A program made the translations under genes and the position numbers. DNA of 64,000 nt from Malacoraja senta (Eukaryota): positions 434,001 to 498,000 of the forward strand of contig JAXLNO010000438.1 of assembly GCA_038087875.1 (NCBI GenBank). The letters run 5' to 3'. Positions within the stretch are counted from its first letter, which is position 1. Each line of letters opens with the position of its first letter. A model generated the notes under the pieces. The model saw only the letters and a list, made by a program, of their open reading frames with translations, had not been told where the DNA came from and did not search any database. Positions 49,885 through 60,353 of this stretch are shown piece after piece.

Positions 49885-50346
49885 AAAGCAGAAAACGCTG
49901 GAAAGTCTCTGCAGGTCAGGCAGCGTATGTGGAGAGAGAAACAGTGACTGTCTCGACTCAGACACAATAGATAGACACAAAATGCTGTAGTAACAGCGGG
50001 ACAGGCATCATCTCTGGAGAGAAGGAATGGGTGACTTTGGGGTCCAGACGCTTCTTCAGACTGAGAGTCAGGGGTGAGGTAGTCTAGAGGTATGTAGGGG
50101 TAAGGTGTGAAAAGGACAGATCAAAGCAGATGATGAGAAAGAAATGTAGAATGGCTCATTGTTAGCTGAGGGGAAGGTGACAAAAAGGCATACAATCAGT
50201 AAAATTAACCAGAAGGGCAGTGAAACCCGTCGGAGAACTAGGGTGGGGGAGTGACAAAGAGAGGGAGAAAGCAAGGGTCACTTGAAGTCAGAGAAATCAA
50301 TATTCATACTGATGAAGTTGCCCAAGCTGAATACGAGGTGTTGTTC
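49885..50346 (-). mobile_element. Penelope-like element 3' end (ORF C-terminus, 3' UTR, pLTR) plus an older pLTR piece
   Basis: 50346-50278 translates EQHLVFSLGNFISMNIDFSDFK*, resembling a GIY-YIG C-terminal motif; then a pyrimidine tract and ctgaagaag core at 50059. Confidence 0.8.
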
Positions 50347-51203
50347 TTTAGAACTGGGAGTGGAGAATAGGGTGAAGAAGGGAAGTCAGACTTGGTCAAC
50401 AGTGCAAGGAAACAAGAAGTGAAACATGGCAAAGGAGACAGGTGGCAATCCTGATCAGTGAGAACTTTGGTTTTTCAAATTTGGTATTTTTGTGACATTT
50501 AATTCATTAGCATTAAACATTCTGGTGTAACAGAATTGGAAATGAAATATGTTTCACATATATTATTGTAATTAAATGAATTTAGAAACATTTAATATAA
50601 TATTTCTCCATAGAAGGTGCCTGATTTCAAGTCAAGAGTGTTTTATTGCCCCATTTTATATATCCTGGATAGAACTATGACATTCTCATTTCTCTACAGA
50701 ATATCTCTCCATAGAAGCTGCCTGATTTGGGTCCGTGTTTCCAGCATATTGTTTTTTAAAGATTGATGTGTACTTTAATGTTAATTTAGTTCTTTAGGCA
50801 GCAAAATGCAACCAGGCTACATCACAAGAGCGTAAACAAAGGAATTTGACATTCAGCCACAAATGAATATAAAGCAGTTGAGCAAAAACATAGTAAAAAT
50901 GGGAGATTTTGGAGAATTAAAAATGGAGAAAGTAAATCTTGATCAGTTGGGTAAATGGGCCGAGGGATGGCAAATGAAGTTTAATTCAGATAAATGTGAG
51001 ATGTTGTATTTTGGGAAGTCAAATCAGCACAGGGCCTTTACAGTAAATAGTAGGGCCCCGGGGAGTGTTGTAGAGCAGAGGAACCTAGGAGTAGAAGTAC
51101 ATATTTCCTTGAAAGATGTGCTGCAGGTAGATAGGCTGGTGATGAATGCGTTTGGCATGCTGGCCTTCATCAGTCAGAGAACCGACCATAGAAATTGGAA
51201 TGT

Positions 51204-51329
51204 GTAAGAAAGAACTGCAGATGCTGGTTTAAATTGAAGGTAGACTCAAAATGCTGGAATAACTCAGTGGGTGTGGCAGCATCTCTGGAGAGAAGGAATG
51301 GGCGACGTTTCGGGTCAAGACCCTTCTTC
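51204..51329 (-). mobile_element. Penelope pLTR-derived insertion with ~14-bp TSD
   Basis: AGAAATTGGAATGT 51190-51203 / AGAAGTTGGAATGT 51330-51343 (13/14 identical). Confidence 0.85.
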
Positions 51330-51331
51330 AG
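51304..51331 (-). ncRNA. Minimal type-I hammerhead ribozyme-like core (best-preserved copy)
   Basis: Minus strand CUGAAGA-A-GGGUC-UU-GACCC-GAAA-CG-UC has all conserved core bases; helix I is not well formed. Confidence 0.6.
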
Positions 51332-51374
51332 AAGTTGGAATGTTTTGTTGTACAAGACATTGGTAAAACCACTT

Positions 51375-51465
51375 TTGAAGAAGGGTCTCGACCCGAAACA
51401 TCGCCTATTCCTTCTCTCCATAGATGCTGCCTCGCCCGCTGAGTTTCTCCAGCATTTTCGTCTAC
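51375..51465 (+). mobile_element. Penelope pLTR-derived repeat
   Basis: tgaagaagggtctcgacccgaaacatcgcctattcc...ctccagcattttcgtcta. Confidence 0.85.
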
Positions 51466-51784
51466 CTTTGGAATATTGTGGTCAGTTTTGGTCACTCTGC
51501 TATAGGAAAAGTGTCATTAATCTGGAAAGAGTGTAGAGAAGATTTACAAGAATGTTGCTAGGACTTGGGGGCCTGTGCAATAAGGAGAGTTTGAGCATGC
51601 TAAGTCTTTATTGCTTGGAGCACACAATGCTGAGGAGGTAATCTTATAGGGGTATATAAAATCATGAGGGAATAGATAGGGTGAATGTAGAGGTTTTTTA
51701 AATCCATGGTAAGGTAATCAAGAACCAGAGAACACAGGTTTCAGGGAGACTGGAAAGATTTGATAAGAATGCAAAGGGCATCTT

Positions 51785-51970
51785 TTAGTTTAGTTTAGTT
51801 TAGTTTAGAGATACAGCATGTAAACAGGCCCTTCGGCCCACTGAGTGTATGCTGACCGTTGACCAATTGATCACATCATGTTCGTTATCCCACTTTCTCA
51901 TCCACTCTCTAATAAACCCACATGGTCACAAGGAGAACATGCAAACTTGTCTCTGGTGCTGTGAGTGCAC
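51785..51970 (-). mobile_element. HE1-type SINE, partial
   Basis: (TTTAG)n tail + agatacagcatgtaaacaggcccttcggccc. Confidence 0.8.
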
Positions 51971-53609
51971 AACGGTCCCCTGATAGAGTGGGTGGTATAC
52001 AAAATGAGCAGGTACAATATCAGTATTTAAAAGACATTTGGACAGGTACATGGATAGGAACATTGAGGGGAATATGGGCAGGCACTGGAAATGGGACTAG
52101 CTTGGATGGGACATGGACGGCCTGGACAAATTGGCCTAAAGTCCTTTTTTTTCTGTATTGTGTGACTCTTGTCTATATTGTTGGGAATGGGGGAAATTCC
52201 TATATTTAGGATCTTGATAGCCAAAGGCCCTATCAAAATGATCAAGAACAAGCAAGTATCCAGAATAGGAACATGGTAGATCTTTTGGAGGTTTACAGAT
52301 TTTAAGATTACAAAAAGGGAGGTGTAATGGATTGAAGAATTTGAAAGAAGGATCGAGAATAACAATAAGATGTTAGTTAATAAGTATCCATTGAAGGTTA
52401 GCGATGATGGATGATCAGGTCTGTTCAAGTTAGGACAAGAAACAGATTTTCAGAAGAGCTCAAGATTTTGAAAGGTAAAATGGGAAGTCTGGCTAAGGGT
52501 GTTTTGGAATAATATAGCCAAGAGATCTAGATCTGGGAAATTCCAGCTTGATTGAAAATCAGCAAAACTGTAACTGCCTACATAAAATTCTAGTTTTACA
52601 TAATCACATGACCGTACTGAATATAAATGGAATGAGATATGAGATTTTATTTGAATAATATCATCATTAGGCACTATAACTTGGTCAAATAGTTAATGAA
52701 TATCAGAACTCCAGGAGGTCAATACAGCTTCACTGGCTCACTGCCAGCAATTAATTAGATTACATATGTTGTTAAGTGCTTTATTCACATATTGTCATTG
52801 TGCAGTTGGTTCTCAGCATGGTAAACAAATACTTTAATCGTAAAAGTAACCTGCTTTATGTACATTGTAGAGTATTGCATGCAATCAGACTTTGAATATT
52901 TTTCAAATAGAGTCAAATAGATTCTTGCTCACTAAGTGGTGAAAGGTTACCATCGGTAGCTGGGAATTCAGAGTCAGGGTAACAATCAAAACGGTCCCAT
53001 GTTAAATCGCAGGTCAGGCTGGAGGAGCAAGTAGCCTACTCCTGCTTCTAATTTATTTGTAGAAAATGAACCTGTGCATTGTGTAAACACTACCATGCTC
53101 CACTGAGTGAACAAATTAAACCGTGCACATCAATCAAATATCCCTGCTGAATAGCAGTAACATTCTAGTCTTTACACAATATTAAAACTAGGGAAGGGGA
53201 AAGTAACAAGGTAATTGCTGACCTAGCAAAATTTGTGGAAAATCCTGGTAAACGTTAGAATGAAGAGTGGAAGCTTTATCAGGTATTTAGTTACTGGGTG
53301 TTAATATTCGTTAAGAACAAAAAATAGAAATGTTATAATTTCTTAATTAAGTAGAAGGAAGATTTAAAAAAAAATTAGGATAGCAGTCTGATTTTATTTC
53401 TTTGGTGTCATTGTCATACCACTAATCTTCTAAATCTGGAAGGCAGTTCATAAGCTTCATTTCAAGGAACTGCTTTTGATTTTGAGAAATAGGAGGTAGT
53501 GAGGAATTAGTTGACAGTGGAATTCAAAATGAGGAGATTATAAAACGGGTTGTAAATGCATTCTTTCCTCTTTTACACTGTAGTAAAATAAAGGTGTTCT
53601 CAAATTTAA

Positions 53610-53835
53610 TACTTTGGCCAGTACTGAAGGATCATTAACTTGTCCGAGATGGTTCCCTTTGGATGAAATGTTGAACCAAGTTCTCCCTTTCCATATTTCA
53701 ATGGATGATGCTATTTGAAAAAACAGGGCAGTGTGGTTCCTTGAAAAAACAGATGAGTATGGTTCCTTGAATCAATGTCATGGGAAACTAATTTCATTAG
53801 TATTCACTTCATTGTTCTTCATATGATTATGCTCT
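53610..53835 (+). mobile_element. Ancient DeuSINE-like (SacSINE1/AmnSINE1-related) fragment
   Basis: cagtactgaagga...tgtccgagatgg..cctttggatgaaatgttgaaccaag...ctatttgaaaaaacaggg resembles the Deu domain as recalled; very diverged. Confidence 0.5.
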
Positions 53836-54200
53836 TAGAGTTGTACAGCATAGAAACAGACCTTTTGGCCTACTGCATCTATGCCGACCATCATGCTTAT
53901 CTAAACTAATCACACTTGCCTGCATTAATTCCATATCCTTCCATGCCCACTCATTAAGTACCTGTTCATATGCCTCTTATTGTTACTTTTCCTGTTTCTA
54001 CCATTTCCTCTGGTAACATACCCAATATCATCTACTTTGTGTGGAAAAAAACCCTCTCAGATCCCCTTTATATCTCGTCCCTCACCTTAAATCTATGCCC
54101 TCTGGTTTTAGATACTCTTACTATGGGAAATAGACATTACCTATCTATTCTATCTTTGACTCTCATAATTTTATATACTTCTATCATGTCATCTCTCAGT
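53836..54200 (-). mobile_element. Old CR1 3' fragment
   Basis: tagagttgtacagcatagaaacag...ctcaccttaaatctatgccctctggttttaga. Confidence 0.8.
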
Positions 54201-54259
54201 CTGCATATTTGGCTGCACGGTTGTTCATTGTACGTAAAACACTCCGATATATACAAGAG

Positions 54260-54486
54260 GCAACAAATGCTGGTTTAGGAAAAAAAAGACACAAAGTGCT
54301 GGAGAAAGCTAGTGGGTTAGGCATCATCCCTGGAGAACATGGATGGATGACATTTCGGATCGAGTCCCTTCTTCAGACTGTAGATGGGTCAGGTTCAGTT
54401 TGAAGTAGGGTCCGAAACCGAAATGTCATCTATCCATATCCTCCAGAAATGCTGCTTGACCTGCTGAGTTCCTCCAGTACTTTGTA
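54260..54486. mobile_element. Fold-back Penelope pLTR pair
   Basis: Minus arm ending cttcttcagactg (54380); plus arm cagtttgaag...ctccagtactttgt. Confidence 0.85.
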
Positions 54487-55828
54487 GCAATTTAGTTGAT
54501 ATTCCTTCTAAATGAGTAATTAAAAAATCTGTATTTATTGATTAAAAAAAAAAAAATCTTGCCAGCTTCTTTTATGTGTTCAGCTTCTGCAATATGTCAC
54601 AAAAGAAACAGTAATGGTACAGTTACTTTCACATGAGCCATCAGTTGATCCCTATAATATTAATGACAGATTACTTCTATAATATCTGAGAATGAATAGC
54701 ATTTATGAACATCAAATCCAATTTCTATGTACTATTCTTTCTATGCTACCACATCTCTTCATATCTCATTAACTTTGTCCTTTTCTTCTTTCTTGCCTTT
54801 CTGTCTTTTTTTAAATCTAGTTGGCATATTTTCCATGTTTTAAAATTCTCCCAAAAGATGTATTTTGGATAGGAAATCAATCATCAAGAAAATAGATGGT
54901 ATTGATCATCTGAAAGCCAATTTTAGTGATCAATCTTTGAGCAAATGAATACATTAAAAAATCACTGGAGGGGTGTGAGCAGGTACCAAGGAGTTTGAAT
55001 GGCAGAGAAACATGGAGGCTGTCATTTACTGTATGTGGAAATAGGGGCAAGATGGGGAATTATCTTTCATCTCATCCCTAATGGCTCGCCCTATATTCTT
55101 CAGGGCCCAGACCTGAGTGACTTCTGCCTGACTCAGATGTCCAACTGCAAGGGCAACCAGAAGCTCATGTTTTCATTCATTGGGTGTGCCAGGAGGGGCA
55201 AGAGGTTTCCTTCAGACACCACGGAATACTTTCTCTGACATGGTAGTTTCCCTTTCTTCCCTATATTTTCTCAAGTATCTTGCTTACCCTGAAAAATCTG
55301 AATTTAACAACCGTTCTCAATGAAGCGGTATTTTTTGCCACAGTGGAAGAGGAAAACTATAAGTATGGAAACATTACGAGATTAAAAACATTTGAACTTG
55401 ATTTTGCACTCATTGCAGGAGAGGGTTAGGATAATTTACCTACTTGCTCTTCCTAATCTTGAATTACTCTGAGCAACTTTCCCTGGTTGGGGCTCTTTAT
55501 CTGGATTTGGCAATTCTCCTCTTGAGATTGTGCATCGAAATCCATCTTGATTGTGCCAAGTATGAAACTTAACATGCAGCTACAAGAGGACATCCACTGG
55601 TGCAGCAAATGGTTAAAGACCCTGAAGGTCAACACAATGCCTAAACACCAGTGTGGATGTTAAATAAACTTCCAGAGTGGATATTAAGGAGCATCAGTAA
55701 ACTTCTATCTGCTTGCATACAAAAGTATCCCCGGCAGCATCAATACATGCCTCTCCGCTGTCACTAAGATGCAAATGGCAACGAATGACTGGCAGGAAAG
55801 TCCGGATTGGAGCAAAGATTCAATAACT

Positions 55829-56119
55829 GGGGCAGCACAGTGGCGCAGCGGTAGAGTTGCAGTCTCACAGCGCCAGCGACCCGGGTTAGATCGCGACCTC
55901 GGGTGCTGTCTGCACAGTTTGTACGTTATCTTTGTGATTGCATGGGTGTTCTCCGGGTGCTCCGGTTTCTTCCCACACTCCAAAGATGTACAGGTTTGTA
56001 GGTTAATTGACTTCTGTAAATTGCCCCTAGTGTGTAGGATAGTATTAGTGTACGGGGTGCTCGCTGGTCGGCACGGACCCGATGGGCTGTTTACACGCTG
56101 TATCCCTAAAGTCTAAAGT
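55829..56119 (+). mobile_element. HE1-type V-SINE (near full length)
   Basis: A box tggcgcagcgg (55841), B-box-like ggttagatc, core ctccgggtgctccggtttcttcccacactccaaaga, CR1-like tail. Confidence 0.88.
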
Positions 56120-56512
56120 AATTGCCCTCCTGGCTTGTTTTCTCACTTCTTGTTACATGCCATTTATATGAAAATGTTTTCAAAATGAGGACTTGGAGGT
56201 ATGACTAAAAATAGTCTGGTGAGCTCTAATATCTCACTTCCCGTTTGGAGTTTAATCCTGAGTAGTATTTCTAAGGTTGCAGTTGGTTTTGTGATCTCCT
56301 CAGTTCCGCGTTATTGGAATTATACAAATGTTTTTTTTTAAATGCGTACGTTTGAATCTTTGCATCATTTATGAAACTTATGAGACGACGTTTTGCAATT
56401 TTAAAATCTTCTCCATTACCATTCTGAACCAAGGCATTTCTGCTGATGAATAAATGATCAAATTACAAATTTGCTGGATTTCCTGTTTTTGTTCTAGGAA
56501 GCGAAAGGTCAC

Positions 56513-57048
56513 AAATTTGAGGAAGGACATCCTTGTGATTGAGGCAGTGCAGCGTAGGTTCACGAGATTGATCCCTGGGATGGCGGGACTGTCATATGAG
56601 GAAAGATTGAAAAGACTAGGCTTGTATTCACTGGAGTTTAGAAGGATGAGGGGCAATCTTATAGAAACATATAAAATTATAAAAGGACTGGACAAGCTAG
56701 ATGCAAGAAAAATGTTCCCAATGTTGGGCGAGTCCAGAACCAGGGGCCACAGTCTTAGAATAAAGGGGAGGCCATTTAAGACTGAGGTGAGAAAAAACTT
56801 TTTTACCCAGAGAGTTGTGAATTTGTGGAATTCCCTGCCACAGAGGGCAGTGGAGGCCAAATCACTGGATGGATTTAAGAGAGAGTTAGATAGAGCTCTA
56901 GGGGCTAGTGGAATCAAGGGATATGGGGATAAGGCAGGCACGGGTTATTGATTTGGGACGATCAGCCATGATGACAATGAATGGCGGTGCTGGCTCGAAG
57001 GGCCGAATGGCCTCCTCCTGCACCTATTTTCTATGTTTCTATGTTTCT
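56513..57048 (+). mobile_element. Young CR1 LINE 3' fragment
   Basis: NLRKDI..IEAVQRRFTRLIPG...FFTQRVVNLWNSLP; (CTATGTTT)n tail. Confidence 0.93.
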
Positions 57049-57446
57049 AAATGGTTAACATTTGGGGTTTTCACCAGCAAAATAAAGATGAGTTATAAAC
57101 ATAGAAAGAAAATACATAAAATCTTTCTTAGTATTTACTATGAAATCAACAAATGTTCTGATATATTATTGTTTCAAGTCTTGTGGCAATACAAATTTTT
57201 GATATGCAGTTTTTCTTTCAATTCCTTTCATCTAGATGGTCTGGTGTAGATTTATTGATGGAGCACCTTATATATAGCTCAACCCTTGCTATTTCTTTCA
57301 AAAACAATCCTGTGATAATATATAACTCGATGTTTTCATCAGCACATTCAGTCTTTTAATTAAGATCATTTTCTTGTGAGTTTTAATGAACATTTTTGCA
57401 AGAAATTAGTTTGATGATTTTACATGGAACAATTGATGGAACACCG

Positions 57447-57765
57447 TGGGTGGCACAATGGTGCAGAGGTAGAGCTGCTGCCGCAAAGCGTCAGAGATGC
57501 TGGTTCGATCTTATCTACTGGTGCTGTGAGTGCGGAGTTTGTATGCTCTCCTTGTGACCACGTGAGGTTTCTCCAAGTACGCCGGCTTCCTCCCATATTC
57601 CAAAGATGTGGAGGTTTGTAGGATAATTGGCTTCTGTAAATTGCCCCTAGTGTGTAGGATGAGAAAGTGGGATAACATAGCACAGGTAGTACATAGTACA
57701 CGTGATCAATGGTCGGCATGGGCTTGGTGGGCCGAAGGGCCTGTTTCCTCACTATCGCTAGACAA
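57447..57765 (+). mobile_element. HE1-type V-SINE
   Basis: ggcacaatggtgcagaggtagagctgctgcc...ggttcgatc...gggccgaagggcctgtttcc. Confidence 0.85.
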
Positions 57766-58629
57766 AACTTGATTCGGGAGGCTGAACACTACACAAAACT
57801 TTATTTAACATTTATTCATCACAAGAATTGAATTATGCTTATTGGCAGTTGGAGATATGCAATTAACCATCTGTTATATAATACTTTATTCAGAGTTGGT
57901 GTGGTCTGTAATGTGTATTAGGATATGATAAAATATAAAAGAAGCATTGAGAAAATCACACAGTAACACAAATTTAAATACTATTTTTTCAAATTATTAT
58001 GTGAATAATGCAGTGTGGTATTAGGAACAGCACTGTTCTGATAATTTAATCCTTTTTTTGCTTAAAGGATCCAGTAGACTTAATGGATTACTAAAACCTA
58101 TAAAAATTACATTAATTGTCTCTTTTCATTTTTCATATAATATATTTGCTGTTGAGCACTACAATAATCACAATTTAACATCTACACAATAAGGAAAACC
58201 CAGAGACGCAGTTGCATTTAAATACAATATTGTTAGTGTCATTAACAATGACAAAAACTAGTCCTCTAATTTATTAAGTAAAGGCTTGGATTGTATGACT
58301 GTGTTGTTTACGCCATTCTATATTAATCGTGGCAGCTGACCTACATCTTCCTTATTGGGAAGAATCTGATCTCAAAGAACAGGATAGTGACAGCTAATCT
58401 ATTATCCAGCTTTGCCACCTCTGATATGCATCACCATTCTTTTTATCTTTGTTGTTTTGTAGTATATATTGCACTCTAGGTTCCTTATTCCTTCAACAGT
58501 ATATTCAGCATACAACCCACAATGGTTTTAAAGTCAGTTAAAAGTAGGCTGTCACTATTATCAGGATTAATAAAAAAACTTCAAAGTAAAACACAGGCTA
58601 TCTTTAACTAAACCAGGAAATGTAAATAA

Positions 58630-59115
58630 AATAAACTGCAGATGCTGGAGATGTGAAACTAAAACTGAAAGTGTACTAAACTGAAATTGCATCAGGCAGC
58701 ATCTGTGGAAAGAACAAACAGAGTAAAGGGCCTGTCCCACCTGACGCACGTCACGCAGGTGGCGAGCGAGGATTTTGAGAATCCCCAAATCCTGGGGCGC
58801 CGCACGCTACCGCGCGTCATTGCCTACGCCACCACGTCTCACCACGCGCCATGCGTGTGTAAATGCACGGCATGCACGCGTAATGCACGCCATGCAGCAT
58901 TACCCGCGCGTCGTGACGCGTAAATGATGTCTCGTCAATGACGCGCAAATAACACCCAAGTGGGACAGGCCCTTTAATGTTTCTGATTGAAGAACCCGTA
59001 ACAGAAAAGGGAATGTCTAGAAATGTCTTTGACCTGTAATATTAACACTGTTTTTCGACCACAGATGTTGCCTGACATGCTGAGCATTTCCAGCATTATC
59101 TATTTTTCTTATTTT
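58630..59115. mobile_element. Old fold-back pLTR element interrupted by a MITE
   Basis: aactgcagatgctgg...caggcagcatctgtgg arm and ccacagatgttgcctga...ccagcatt arm. Confidence 0.7.
58727..58973. mobile_element. MITE, Kolobok- or Harbinger-like
   Basis: 14-bp TIR AGGGCCTGTCCCAC / GTGGGACAGGCCCT; flanks gTAA and TTAA; CpG-rich interior. Confidence 0.85.
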
Positions 59116-60007
59116 GAAATATCTCCCTCAGAATCATAAATGTTGAATGCTGAGGTGATAGACCGGTGAATTTAATATCATAAATTGTGGAGTTAAATGT
59201 TTTAAAATGGATAAAAATATAAAAATAGTTACAATTCAAAATGAATGATGGGGAAGAGGGTGTAATGAGATTGTCAGTCCTCAGTAAAATATTTGATTGA
59301 GTTTATAGCATAATAGTTGCAACATTTCAGCAGGCTGGTTCAATTTGAATGAACTACAATATCAAATAAAGAACATTGCTAAAGAATATTACTTTCTTCC
59401 TTTTTTTAAAATCTTTTTGTTCCAAAGGATGTCAAATAAATCTTGATAAAGTTTTGTATTAATTGAATTAACCATAATTTCTTAATTAATTATTCATGAA
59501 TTAGACATTAATTATTAAAAATTATAATGAAAAATACCAGTACAATCGGCCATAAAGGAAGGTGGTAATTAAAAGACGTATGCGCTGCTAAAAAATTAAG
59601 AAATGTCTACACTTTATTAAAAGAAAGCTGAATAAAGCAAATTTTGCTATATTTGAAGTGAGTGAGACAAGTAGAGAAATCTAAATTGATTTTAATACTC
59701 ACATAGTAATGCAAATAATAGAACAACCAAGATCTGAAAAGATATCTCAATCCTACAGGTAACATTGGATCAGGTGAAATGCATTGCTGCTAGCAAGGAT
59801 AATTGCACAGAAGAAAAAAACTGACTTGATGACCTGATTCTGCAAACAGAAACATGCTTTGTCTATTGAGCAATGGGTGTGCAATGCTGATGATAAAGTC
59901 ACACTGAGATGATATTTTTAGCTTGTAGTTTTGATTTTTTTTACATGGAGGCTGCATGTCCATCTGTCAGTTTTAACTGACAGTCAGAACTTTCCACATG
60001 TGCCAGT

Positions 60008-60099
60008 CTTGAAGGGTCTCGACCCGAAACATCACCCTTTCCTTCTCTCTAGAGATACTGCCTGTCCCGTGCTGAGTTACTCCAGCTTTTAGTGTCTAT
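60008..60099 (+). mobile_element. Penelope pLTR-derived repeat
   Basis: gaagggtctcgacccgaaacatcacc...gctgagttactccagc. Confidence 0.8.
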
Positions 60100-60353
60100 G
60101 AACAGTTCTTAAGTCAACCACAAGATGGGGTGCTTAGCAGAGCCGCTAATATGATTAGACCCACTGGGTACAATCATACCCTTGGGCAGCCATTCCTAAA
60201 CAACAGTAGGTATCAGTATCAGTAAAGAAAGACAAAATGTATCACTGCACAAAGAAGAAATTTACAATCTACTTTATCGTTCATTTTCCAACATTATGTA
60301 TGAGAAATTAACCACACTTCCCAAAGAAATATACATAATGGATAATAGTAAGC

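Larger units (their letters stand above)
50935..52175 (+). mobile_element. CR1 LINE 3' part interrupted by two pLTR repeats and a SINE
   Basis: LDQLGKWAEGWQMKFNSDKCE..FG; sequence resumes collinearly after each insertion. Confidence 0.85.

Noticed and set aside
55829..55900. tRNA-like A/B boxes
   Set aside because: Head of an HE1-type SINE, continuing into the SINE core and tail; not a tRNA gene.
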